Positions 43,350 through 51,622 of a DNA stretch of 51,622 nucleotides are shown here, piece by piece. The notes beneath the pieces are model-generated. The model was not told the origin of the DNA, made no database searches, and saw only the letters and a list, made by a program, of their open reading frames with translations. Each line of letters starts with the position of its first letter. Positions within the stretch are counted from its first letter, which is position 1. Source of the stretch: Planctomycetaceae bacterium. GTDB lineage: Bacteria; Planctomycetota; Planctomycetia; Pirellulales; UBA1268. Position numbers and translations under genes: made by a program. Location: positions 1 to 51,622 of the forward strand of contig JAIXPT010000338.1 in NCBI GenBank assembly GCA_027486095.1, given 5' to 3'.

Positions 43350-43526
43350 TGTTCTGCCAAAACGGCACACTCCGCAGCAGGCGGTTGTTTTGCGACGGCG
43401 TCCACCGCCGGTTTTCGACGCAAAGGGCCTGGGAGCCGACACTTTGGCACGCGGGTTGCTTCCCGACCGTCAGAGCCGTTCAATGGCTGCCAAACCTGTC
43501 CGCTTCGCTTTCCGAAGGAGTCAATC

Positions 43527-45233
43527 GTGGCCAAGCAAATGGTGTTCGACGATGAGGCCCGTCAGCCGCTGCTCGCCGGCGTTTCGAAGCTCGCCCGCGC
43601 GGTGAAAAGCACGCTCGGCCCCCGCGGCCGCAACGCCGTGCTCGACAAGGGCTGGGGCTCGCCGAAGGTTACCAAAGACGGCGTCACCGTCGCCGAAGAC
43701 ATCGACCTCGAAGACCCCTACGAAAACCTGGGGGCCCAGCTCGTCAAGGAAGCGGCCAGCAAGACCAACGACGTGGCCGGCGACGGCACGACCACGGCCA
43801 CCGTGCTCGCCGAAGCGATCTTCCGGGAAGGGCTCAAGATGATCGCGGCGGGGGCCGATCCGATGGCTCTCTCCCGCGGCATCCACAAGGCTGTGGAGGC
43901 GGTCTCGAAGGCCGTGCTCTCGATGGCCACGCCGATCAACGAGAAAAACAAAAAGGAGCTGATGCAGATCGCGACGATCGCCGGGAACAACGACCCCACG
44001 ATCGGCAACGTGCTCTCCGAAGCGATCCTCAAGGTGGGCAAAGACGGCGTGATCACCGTCGAAGAGGGCAAGCAGGCCGAAACGACGGTAGACGTGGTCG
44101 AAGGCATGCAGTTCGACCGCGGCTTCCTCTCGCCGCACTTCGTGACCGACACCGACGCCCAGACCTGTGAATTTGAAAACCCCTACATCCTCTTGTTTGA
44201 AGAGAAGGTTTCCAGCGCGAAAAACCTCGTGCCGCTGCTCGAAGCGATCAGCAAGTCCGGCAAGCCGCTCGTGTTGATCGCCGAAGACGTGGAGGGCGAG
44301 GCCCTGGCCACGCTCGTGGTCAATAAATTGCGCGGCATCGTGCAGAGCGTGGCCGTGAAGGCTCCGGGCTATGGCGACCGCCGCAAGGCGATCCTCGGCG
44401 ATCTCGCGGTGCTCACCGGCGGCCAGGCGATCTTCAAGGATCTCGGCATCGCGCTGGATTCCGTCAAGCTCTCCGACCTCGGCCGGGCCAAGAAGGTGAT
44501 CGTGGAGGCGGAGAACACCACGATCGTGAGTGGCGGGGGTACCAAGGCGGCCATCGACGGCCGCGCCGCCCAGATCCGCGACGAGATCTCCAAGACCACG
44601 AGCGACTACGATCGCGAAAAGCTCCAGGAACGCCTCGCCAAACTGGCCGGCGGCGTGGCCCAGATCAGCGTGGGCGCGGCCACCGAAACGGAGATGAAGG
44701 AGCGCAAGGCCCTCATCGAAGACGCCAAGAGCGCGACGCAGGCGGCCCTCGCCGAAGGCATCGTGCCCGGCGGCGGCGTCGCCCTCTTGCGCAGCGAAAA
44801 AGCCGTCGAGAAACTCGATCTCGAAGGGGATGAAAAGATGGGGGCGTCGATCGTCAAGAACGCCCTCCGCTACCCTCTCGAAGCGATCGCGGCGAATGCC
44901 GGCGTGGATGGCCCGGTAGTGGTGAATCGCGTCCGCCACATGAAGGGCAAGAACGACGGTTACGACGCCGACAAGGAAGAGTATTGCGACCTCGTCAGTG
45001 CCGGCGTGATCGATCCCGCCAAAGTGGTGCGCACGGCGCTGCAAAACGCCGCCAGCGTGGCGGCGCTCTTGCTCACGACAGAGTCGCTGATCACGGAAAT
45101 CCCCAAGGCCGAAGAAGAAGCCGGCGGCGAGGGCCACGACCACCACGGCATGGGCGGTGGCATGGGTGGCATGGGTGGCATGGGTGGCATGGGTGGCGGC
45201 ATGGGCGGCATGGGCATGCCCGGCATGATGTAA
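43527..45233 (+). CDS. groEL: Chaperonin GroEL, copy 1 (GGM-repeat C-terminal tail)
   Basis: Canonical GroEL sequence throughout ([12 protein letters not shown] etc.). The tail is [28 protein letters not shown] start with GAAGGAG SD. Confidence 0.95.
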   Translation: MAKQMVFDDEARQPLLAGVSKLARAVKSTLGPRGRNAVLDKGWGSPKVTKDGVTVAEDIDLEDPYENLGAQLVKEAASKTNDVAGDGTTTATVLAEAIFREGLKMIAAGADPMALSRGIHKAVEAVSKAVLSMATPINEKNKKELMQIATIAGNNDPTIGNVLSEAILKVGKDGVITVEEGKQAETTVDVVEGMQFDRGFLSPHFVTDTDAQTCEFENPYILLFEEKVSSAKNLVPLLEAISKSGKPLVLIAEDVEGEALATLVVNKLRGIVQSVAVKAPGYGDRRKAILGDLAVLTGGQAIFKDLGIALDSVKLSDLGRAKKVIVEAENTTIVSGGGTKAAIDGRAAQIRDEISKTTSDYDREKLQERLAKLAGGVAQISVGAATETEMKERKALIEDAKSATQAALAEGIVPGGGVALLRSEKAVEKLDLEGDEKMGASIVKNALRYPLEAIAANAGVDGPVVVNRVRHMKGKNDGYDADKEEYCDLVSAGVIDPAKVVRTALQNAASVAALLLTTESLITEIPKAEEEAGGEGHDHHGMGGGMGGMGGMGGMGGGMGGMGMPGMM

Positions 45234-45288
45234 GGAAGAGCGACCCCGACATTTGCAACGTTTCCTTCCCTTTTGGAGAGAGTTTCTG

Positions 45289-45594
45289 ATGGCTGCGAAG
45301 AACCTGAAAATTCGTCCGCTCGACGACCGCGTGGTGGTGGAGCCCGTGGAAGCCGAAGAGCGCACCGCCGGCGGCATCGTGCTGCCCGACTCGGCCAAAG
45401 AGAAGCCGCAGCGCGGCCACGTGGTGGCGCTCGGCCCGGGCAAGCTGCTCGAAAACGGCCAGCGTGCCAGCCTCTCGGTGTCGGTGGGCGACGAAGTGAT
45501 CTACGGCAAGTATTCCGGCAGCGACATCGAGGTCGATGGCCACGACGTCAAGATCCTGCGCGAGAGCGACATCCTGGCGAAGGTCCTGAGCTGA
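45289..45594 (+). CDS. groES: Co-chaperonin GroES
   Basis: [47 protein letters not shown]. Confidence 0.95.
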   Translation: MAAKNLKIRPLDDRVVVEPVEAEERTAGGIVLPDSAKEKPQRGHVVALGPGKLLENGQRASLSVSVGDEVIYGKYSGSDIEVDGHDVKILRESDILAKVLS

Positions 45595-45646
45595 TTTTTT
45601 TCGTGTCCCCGGCGACCGTCACACCATTTTTCGAGGAGACCGTTTC

Positions 45647-47266
45647 GTGCCCAAGCAACTGATGTTCGACGACAACGCCCGTGCCAAGCTGCTCAAGGGC
45701 GTGGAGAAGCTCGCCGGAGCCGTCGCCGTGACGATGGGCCCGACCGGCCGCAACGTCATCATCGACAAGTCGTTCGGCGGCCCGACGGTGACGAAAGACG
45801 GCGTGACGGTGAGCAAGGAAGTGGACCTCGAAGACGCCTTCGAGAACATGGGCGCGAAGCTCGTGAACGAAGTGGCCTCGAAGACCTCGGATCTCGCCGG
45901 CGACGGCACGACCACGGCGACGGTGCTGGCCCGAGCGATCTTCCGCGAGGGCACCCGGATGGTGGCCGCGGGCAGCAACCCCACGGCGGTGCGCCGCGGC
46001 ATCGAGAAGGGCGTGGCGGCGGCCGTGGGCCATTTGATGGAGATTGCCAAGAAAGTCGATCGCCCGGAAGAGATCGCCCAGGTCGGCTCGATCAGCGCCA
46101 ACAACGACCGCGCGATCGGCGACCTGCTCGCCGAGGCGCTGCAAAAGGTGGGCAAAGACGGCGTGATCACCGTCGAAGAGGGGAAGACGACCGAGACGAC
46201 CGTGCGATTCGTAGACGGCATGCAGTTTGACAAGGGCTACATCTCGCCCTACTTCATCAATCGCACCGCCGAAATGGACTGCCAGCTCGACGACGCCCTG
46301 ATCCTGATCCACGAAAAGAAGATCTCGAATCTGCGCGATCTGCTGCCCTTGCTCGAGAAGGTGGCCCAGTCGGGCAAGCCCTTCCTGATCATCGCCGAAG
46401 ACATCGACGGCGACGCGCTCACCGCGCTCGTGGTCAACAAGCTCCGCGGAGTTCTCAATATCTGCGCGGCGAAGGCTCCCGGCTTCGGCGACCGCCGCAA
46501 GGCGATGCTCGGCGACATTGCCGTGCTCACCGGCGGCACGCTGATCAGCGAGGATCTCGGGCTCAAGCTCGAGAACCTCGATCTTTCGCACCTGGGCAAG
46601 GCCAAGAGCATCACCGTGGACAAGAGTGAGACCACGATCGTGCAGGGTGCCGGCAAGCAGGCCGACGTGCAGGCCCGCGTGCAGCAGATCCGCAACCAGA
46701 TCGAGGGCACCGAGAGCGAGTACGACCGCGAGAAGCTTCAGGAGCGGCTCGCGAAGCTCACCGGCGGCGTGGCGATCGTGTCGGTCGGTGCCGGCACCGA
46801 GGCCGAGATGAAGCAGAAGAAGGCCCGCGTCGAAGACGCCCTGCATGCGACCCGTGCGGCCGTCGAAGAGGGCATCGTGCCCGGCGGCGGCGTGGCCCTG
46901 CTCCGCTGCCGCGAGGCGGTGGAGAAGGCTCGCTCGCAGGCCAAGGGCGACGAGAAGATCGGCGTGGATATCGTGCTGCACGCCCTCGAGGCGCCGATCC
47001 GGCAGATCGCCGAGAATGGCGGCATCGATGGCTCGGTCGTGGCCGACGAAGTCGCGGGCAAAGACGTGCACATCGGCTACGACGCCAACAAGGGCGAATA
47101 CGTGGACATGCTCAAGGCCGGAATCATCGACCCGGTGAAGGTGGTGCGCGTGGCCCTCACGAACGCCGCCAGCATCTCCGGGCTGCTGCTCACGACCGAA
47201 GCCCTGGTCACGAACCTCGACAAAGACGACTCGAAGAAGCGTCGCGCGGAAGGCAGCATCCGCTAG
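45647..47266 (+). CDS. groEL: Chaperonin GroEL, copy 2 (no GGM tail; basic tail [10 protein letters not shown])
   Basis: Canonical GroEL sequence. GTG start with GAGGAGA SD, 52 nt after groES. Confidence 0.95.
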   Translation: MPKQLMFDDNARAKLLKGVEKLAGAVAVTMGPTGRNVIIDKSFGGPTVTKDGVTVSKEVDLEDAFENMGAKLVNEVASKTSDLAGDGTTTATVLARAIFREGTRMVAAGSNPTAVRRGIEKGVAAAVGHLMEIAKKVDRPEEIAQVGSISANNDRAIGDLLAEALQKVGKDGVITVEEGKTTETTVRFVDGMQFDKGYISPYFINRTAEMDCQLDDALILIHEKKISNLRDLLPLLEKVAQSGKPFLIIAEDIDGDALTALVVNKLRGVLNICAAKAPGFGDRRKAMLGDIAVLTGGTLISEDLGLKLENLDLSHLGKAKSITVDKSETTIVQGAGKQADVQARVQQIRNQIEGTESEYDREKLQERLAKLTGGVAIVSVGAGTEAEMKQKKARVEDALHATRAAVEEGIVPGGGVALLRCREAVEKARSQAKGDEKIGVDIVLHALEAPIRQIAENGGIDGSVVADEVAGKDVHIGYDANKGEYVDMLKAGIIDPVKVVRVALTNAASISGLLLTTEALVTNLDKDDSKKRRAEGSIR

Positions 47267-47276
47267 CGTGTTGGAG

Positions 47277-47294
47277 GACAGGCTCGAGCCTGTC
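47277..47294. terminator. Same-family hairpin GACAGGCTC/GAGCCTGTC 10 nt after the groEL2 stop (terminator-like, no U tract)
   Basis: An 18-nt perfect palindrome between groEL2 and dnaJ. Confidence 0.4.
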
Positions 47295-47360
47295 GATGCA
47301 CACCGGCTTCACGTGCCGCCGCACGGCAGGTGCCGCCTGTCACCGACCGGTCACGCCCAC

Positions 47361-48500
47361 ATGGCTCCTACTCTCCGCGACTTCTACGAGGTCTTGGGCG
47401 TCGAACGCACCGCGTCGAAGTCGCAGATCGCCGATTCCTACCGCAAACTGGCGATCCGCTTCCATCCCGACAAAAACCCCGGCGACGCCGAGGCAGCCGA
47501 CCGTTTCAAGGAAGCCGCCCGGGCGTTTGAGGTGCTCTCCGACGACACGCTGCGATCGCGCTACGACCGCTACGGCCACGCGGGGCTGCAGGGCGGGCCG
47601 ACGCACGATTTCAACGACATCGGCGACATCTTCGAAGCCTTTGGCGACATCTTCGGCGGCGGCTTGTTTGGCGGCGGCGGCCGGCGGAGCAACCGGCCCC
47701 GGAAGGGGCGCGACGTGTTCACGAGCGTGTCGCTTTCGCTCGTCGAGGCGGCCCGGGGCGCCACGAAGACGGTCGAATTCACCCGGCACGAGGCCTGCGC
47801 CGCCTGCGATGGCAGCGGAGCGAAGCAAGGCACGGCACCGGCGCCCTGCGACTACTGCGCCGGCCGTGGCCAGGTGATCCAGCAGGCGGGCGTGTTTCGC
47901 CTCCAGACCACCTGCCCAGCCTGCCAGGGAGCTGGCAGCATCGTGCGCGACAAGTGCCGCGAGTGCGGCGGCGACGGCCTCACCGAAGAGCATGTCGAAC
48001 GCCGGGTGACGATTCCGGCCGGCGTGGACAACGACGTGCGCGTGCGGCTCGCCGGCGAGGGCGAGCCAGGGGGAAACGGCGGGCCACCGGGCGACTGCTA
48101 CTGCATGATCGAGATCGAGGAGCATCCCTTTCTCAAGCGCGATGGCCGCGACCTGCATTGCGAGGTGCCGGTGACCTTCAGCCAGGCGGCCCTCGGGGCC
48201 ACGCTCGACGTGCCCACGCTCGACGGCCCGAAGCCGCTCGACATCAAGCGCGGCACGCAGGCCGGCGAGGTGATCCGCGTGCGCGGCCTGGGCATGCCCG
48301 AGGTGCGCGGGCGGGGCATCGGCGATCTGCACGTGCACGTGCATGTGGAGGTGCCGAAGAGCCTCTCGCCCAAGGCCGAGAAGCTGCTCCGCGAGCTCGC
48401 GACCGAGGAGCAGAAGGCGGTGAGCGCCAAGCGCTCGAGTTTTTTCAGCCGCCTCGCCGAGTATTTCCAGGCTCACGAAGATGACGCGCCCAAAACCTGA
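47361..48500 (+). CDS. dnaJ: Chaperone DnaJ (type I: J domain, G/F region, four CxxCxGxG zinc motifs)
   Basis: DFYEVLGV...HPDKNPGD. CAACDGSG, CDYCAGRG, CPACQGAG, CRECGGDG. Start re-called to ATG 47361. Confidence 0.93.
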   Translation: MAPTLRDFYEVLGVERTASKSQIADSYRKLAIRFHPDKNPGDAEAADRFKEAARAFEVLSDDTLRSRYDRYGHAGLQGGPTHDFNDIGDIFEAFGDIFGGGLFGGGGRRSNRPRKGRDVFTSVSLSLVEAARGATKTVEFTRHEACAACDGSGAKQGTAPAPCDYCAGRGQVIQQAGVFRLQTTCPACQGAGSIVRDKCRECGGDGLTEEHVERRVTIPAGVDNDVRVRLAGEGEPGGNGGPPGDCYCMIEIEEHPFLKRDGRDLHCEVPVTFSQAALGATLDVPTLDGPKPLDIKRGTQAGEVIRVRGLGMPEVRGRGIGDLHVHVHVEVPKSLSPKAEKLLRELATEEQKAVSAKRSSFFSRLAEYFQAHEDDAPKT

Positions 48501-48557
48501 CCGCCGCCCCACGCACCAGCCACACGTCCGCACCGCCCCGAGACCGGAGACAGCCCG

Positions 48558-49067
48558 ATGACCAGCCCCGACGACGAGACGGCCGATCAGCCCACGGACA
48601 CCGCGCCCGCCGAGGCGGGGGGCGCGACGCTCGAGGAGCAACTGCAGGACGCCGAGGAGCGTGTGCTCCGTGTACAGGCGGAGCTCGAGAATTTTCGCAA
48701 GCGATCGCGCCGGGAGTATGAAGACGCCCAGCGCTATCGCGAAATGGACCTGCTCCGCGACCTCCTTCCCGTCCTCGATACGGTGCTCCGGGCCGTCGAG
48801 GCTGCGGAGAAGACTGCCGACGTCGAGAGCTTGAAGGCGGGCTTCCGCATGACAGCCCAGCAGATCGAGAAGCTGCTCGACGCCCACGGCTGCAAGACGA
48901 TCGACACGGTCGGCCACGCCTTCGACCCGTCCGTGCACGACGCGATTTTGCAGCAGGCTGTGCCCGATGCGGCGCCGGGCACGGTGGTGGGCGTGGCCAG
49001 CCGCGGCTATCGGCTCCACGACCGCGTCGTGCGGCCCGCCCAGGTGATCGTCGCCAAACAGGAGTAA
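48558..49067 (+). CDS. grpE: Nucleotide exchange factor GrpE
   Basis: RVQAELENFRKR, LLPVLD and FDP..H.A motifs, followed by a C-terminal beta domain. Confidence 0.9.
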   Translation: MTSPDDETADQPTDTAPAEAGGATLEEQLQDAEERVLRVQAELENFRKRSRREYEDAQRYREMDLLRDLLPVLDTVLRAVEAAEKTADVESLKAGFRMTAQQIEKLLDAHGCKTIDTVGHAFDPSVHDAILQQAVPDAAPGTVVGVASRGYRLHDRVVRPAQVIVAKQE

Positions 49068-49073
49068 TGCCCG

Positions 49074-49361
49074 ATGCCCACCTACGACTACGTCTGCGAT
49101 GGCTGCGGCCACACTTTCGAACTCTTCCAGTCGATGACCGATTCCGTCAAGAAGACCTGCCCGAAGTGCAAGAAGCCGAAGCTCCGCCGGCTGATCGGCG
49201 CGGGCGGCGCGATCGTGTTCAAGGGCTCTGGTTTTTATAAAACTGATTACCGCAGCGAGTCGTACAAAAAGGGCGCCGCGGCCGATTCGGGCGGCAAGGC
49301 GGAAGGGGCGAAGGGGGGCGGTGAGAAGAAGGCTGAGCCGAAGGGCGGAGGCGAAGGCTGA
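49074..49361 (+). CDS. FmdB-family zinc-ribbon protein
   Basis: MPTYDYVCDGCGHTFE......CPKC. The Gly/Lys-rich tail GSGFYKTDY is typical of the family. Confidence 0.85.
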   Translation: MPTYDYVCDGCGHTFELFQSMTDSVKKTCPKCKKPKLRRLIGAGGAIVFKGSGFYKTDYRSESYKKGAAADSGGKAEGAKGGGEKKAEPKGGGEG

Positions 49362-49364
49362 GCG

Positions 49365-49538
49365 ATGCCGAAGTGCCCTGTCTGCGACGCCCACGTGGAT
49401 CTCGAGAAGACACCGACGGTGCCGTTCTGCAGCGACCGCTGCCGCCTGATCGACCTCGGCCGCTGGCTCGACGAGGCCTATGCGGTGCCCGAGCCCAAGC
49501 GGCCCGACGGCGACGACGACGAGGCCGACACCGACTAG
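49365..49538 (+). CDS. yacG: YacG-like zinc-finger protein (DNA gyrase inhibitor family), 57 aa, absent from the ORF track
   Basis: Hand translation gives [57 protein letters not shown]. The CPxC...PFCS.RC..IDLG.W pattern matches YacG. Confidence 0.7.
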   Translation: MPKCPVCDAHVDLEKTPTVPFCSDRCRLIDLGRWLDEAYAVPEPKRPDGDDDEADTD

Positions 49539-49609
49539 CAAAAAGCTGCCTGGCCGCTTTTTTGCGTATACTCCTCGCCGCTCGCAACCTGCACCTGCCC
49601 GGAGGGAAA

Positions 49610-50785
49610 ATGTCGCACGCCGACACGCCGCCAGACGGCCACAGCCGCACGATTCACGAGATTCTCTGGAGCGAGGCGTTGCCGTGGTGGCTCTTGTTCC
49701 GCGCCGCGGGTTCCGCATTTGCCCCGACCGTGATCCTGCTGGCCCTGCTCGGTGGTCTCGCCACGTGGGCCGGCTGGTCGATCGCCGACAGCCTGCGGCT
49801 GGCCGGCAGCGATCCCGCGGCCGACGCCATCCTCGATGCCTCGCTCGGCGGAGGCCTGGTGATCCCGGGCCCCGACGGATCGAACGCCGCGGCAGTGCTC
49901 ACACCCAGCCGGCAGGCCTTCCCGGCCCTGCGGGCGGCGTGGAACTGGCTGCCGAGGCCCGTCGCCGACGTCCTCGAGCTCGTCGGGATTCCCTTTCGCC
50001 CCACCGCCACGCTCGCCCAGATGGGCGGGGCCCTCGCGCGGGTCGGGTGGTTCGTGCTCGTGTGGTCGATCTTCGGCACCGCGATCACGCGGCACGTGGC
50101 CCTCAAGCTCGTGGGCGAGGAGGCGCCCGGCCTCGTCGGCGCCGTGCTTTACGGCGCCCGCAAGTGGCTCGCTGCGTTCAACTCCGTCGGCTTCGTGCTG
50201 CTCGGGATCGTGGCCCTTTCGATTCCCGGCGCCCTGCTCGGGCTCTTGATGCGCACCGACTGGGGCCTGGCCGTAGCCGGGGCCATCTGGCCGCTCGTGC
50301 TCGCGGGGGCCGTGGTGCTCGCGATCCTGGCGATCGGCATCGTGTTTGGCTGGCCGCTGATGGTGGCGGCCGTGGGCGTGGAGCGGGGCGACAGCTTCCA
50401 GGCGATCTCGACGTCGTTTTCCTATCTCTACCAGCGGCCGCTGCACTATGCGTTTTACGCACTCGTGGCGGGCATCGTGGCCCTGCCGGCGTGTGCCGCC
50501 GCAGGTCTCTTTGCCGATGCCACGAGCACGCTCGCGCTGTGGGCCGCGAGCTTCGGCATGGGCCACGACCGCACGCTCGCCGTGCTCGAGGGGCTGCGTA
50601 GCCAGGCCGAGGCCCCGTGGGGCATCCGCGCGCTCGGCTTCTGGACCCGCGGGCTCGGGTCGCTCTTGGGCTCATTCGGCTGGGGCTATTTCTGGGCGAT
50701 CGCCACCGCCGCCTACATGCTGCTCCGGCAGGATGTGGATGGCACGGAACTCGACGAAGTGGTGATCGACGAGCCCGGCCTGTAA
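49610..50785 (+). CDS. Multi-pass integral membrane protein of unknown function
   Basis: ATG 49610 preceded by GGAGGG. About 7-8 hydrophobic segments. No recognised family. The 79-aa N-terminal extension in the track overlaps yacG. Confidence 0.65.
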   Translation: MSHADTPPDGHSRTIHEILWSEALPWWLLFRAAGSAFAPTVILLALLGGLATWAGWSIADSLRLAGSDPAADAILDASLGGGLVIPGPDGSNAAAVLTPSRQAFPALRAAWNWLPRPVADVLELVGIPFRPTATLAQMGGALARVGWFVLVWSIFGTAITRHVALKLVGEEAPGLVGAVLYGARKWLAAFNSVGFVLLGIVALSIPGALLGLLMRTDWGLAVAGAIWPLVLAGAVVLAILAIGIVFGWPLMVAAVGVERGDSFQAISTSFSYLYQRPLHYAFYALVAGIVALPACAAAGLFADATSTLALWAASFGMGHDRTLAVLEGLRSQAEAPWGIRALGFWTRGLGSLLGSFGWGYFWAIATAAYMLLRQDVDGTELDEVVIDEPGL

Positions 50786-50787
50786 TT

Positions 50788-51168
50788 TCACCCGACCCAC
50801 CGCTTCACGAGCCCTGGGAACGATCCCAACAGTTCCCCGCGGCTCACGGCCTCGTCGGCTCCCGCGGCGACGGCGTCGGCGAGGCGGTCTTTCTGCACGT
50901 GCGGCCCGAAGGCCACCAGCTTGGCAGCCCGCCCCGTGCGCTCCACCTGCCGCTCGACGAGCTTCACCGCCCGGGCCACGATCACGGCCGGGTCGCCGGC
51001 GAGCGCCTGCAGATCGAGGAGCATCAGGTCGAAGGGCCCGTCGTGCGGCTCGTCATCGAGGCTGCGCAGGGTCTCCACCCGGGCCGGCAGTGGGCGGGCG
51101 AGCCCCGCGAGCCGGCTCGTCGAGAGCAGGTCGGGCGAGACGAGCAGAATTCTCACGTCGTCGGCCAT
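50788..51168 (-). CDS. Hypothetical protein, possibly a degenerate CheY-like receiver fold
   Basis: ATG 51168 with GGAGGG SD. VRILLVSPD ... DLMLLDL ... resembles a receiver layout, but the signature residues are incomplete. Confidence 0.45.
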   Translation of the reverse strand: MADDVRILLVSPDLLSTSRLAGLARPLPARVETLRSLDDEPHDGPFDLMLLDLQALAGDPAVIVARAVKLVERQVERTGRAAKLVAFGPHVQKDRLADAVAAGADEAVSRGELLGSFPGLVKRWVG

Positions 51169-51256
51169 GATCCCTCCGCATGATGCGGTCGGCTACGATC
51201 CCGAGACCGGCCGCCAGGGTATCAGCCACGGCCTCCCGCGACCACCAGGTGACGAC

Positions 51257-51622
51257 ATGCATCGTGCCCATCCCGACCCGAGCCCGTGGTTTGGCAGGGA
51301 GGCGGTGGCGATCTCGCCGGTCGGTAGCCCAGGCTTCAGCGGGGCGGGCGTGTTCGTGGTGCGGCCCGCCTCGGGATCACGATTCGTGCTCAAAAACTTC
51401 GCGGCGGCGACACCCCTTGCCCAGGCCGCCTGGGTGCACGGGCTGATGCGGCACCTGCGTGCCTGCGGTCTCGCGTCCGTGCCGAACGTGATGCCGCTGC
51501 AGAGCGAAGGCGGCCCGGCGCACGACCGTGCCTCGGCCACCCTCGCCGCTGATCAAAGCGGCACGCTCTGGGAACTGCTCGAGTGGATTCCGGGAGCCGC
51601 CCGCTCCGCTCCGGGCCGCGCG
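51257..51622 (+). CDS. Phosphotransferase (APH/CotS/homoserine-kinase-type-II-like) family protein, 5' partial (runs off the window)
   Basis: Hand translation gives MHRAHPDPSPWFGREAVAISPVGSPGFSGAGVFVVRP..SRFVLKNF...LWELLEWIPG. The Gly-rich loop and VLK lysine are typical of the APH N-lobe. No stop occurs before the window end. Confidence 0.45.
   Translation, partial: MHRAHPDPSPWFGREAVAISPVGSPGFSGAGVFVVRPASGSRFVLKNFAAATPLAQAAWVHGLMRHLRACGLASVPNVMPLQSEGGPAHDRASATLAADQSGTLWELLEWIPGAARSAPGRA

Noticed and set aside
43350-43526. Search for a CIRCE/HrcA operator or an RpoH-type promoter upstream of groEL1, groES, groEL2 and dnaJ.
   Set aside because: I found no convincing TTAGCACTC-N9-GAGTGCTAA or CTTGAAA..CCCCAT match by eye. 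A computational scan is needed before concluding absence.

Overview
This is a high-GC chromosomal window. Its gene content looks typical of the PVC superphylum, most likely Planctomycetota: a DUF1080/PQQ-dehydrogenase fusion, a giant SGNH-like/dehydrogenase/HEAT/cytochrome-c protein, a PmoA-family plus Gfo/Idh/MocA pair, xylose-isomerase-like TIM barrels and a XylR/AraC-type regulator. I support about 43 CDS. Housekeeping blocks are valS, a hom / apgM-like (proposed homoserine kinase) / lysC / HIT operon, a DEAD-box helicase, and a chaperone supercluster groEL1-groES-groEL2-dnaJ-grpE-fmdB-yacG. Accessory content is a DTE-motif microbial rhodopsin at the left edge, an MNT-HEPN toxin-antitoxin pair, a solitary nucleotidyltransferase-fold gene, and a 6.2-kb glycosyltransferase/FkbM-methyltransferase islet bracketed by perfect 29-bp direct repeats. 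I saw no rRNA, tRNA or CRISPR. The intergenic spaces hold several families of interspersed structured repeats. One is a REP/BIME-like family (GTAG plus a GACAGG..CCTGTC hairpin) whose GTAG supplies the TAG stop codon of three genes. Another contributes a 21-bp perfect inverted repeat that encloses the start codon of the XylR-type regulator. I did not find a clear-cut novel multi-gene defence system. The strongest leads are the repeat-bracketed glycan-modification islet, the repeat families and the rhodopsin. Many long ORFs in the supplied track are antisense or N-terminal-extension artefacts of the high GC content, and several starts were re-called by hand.
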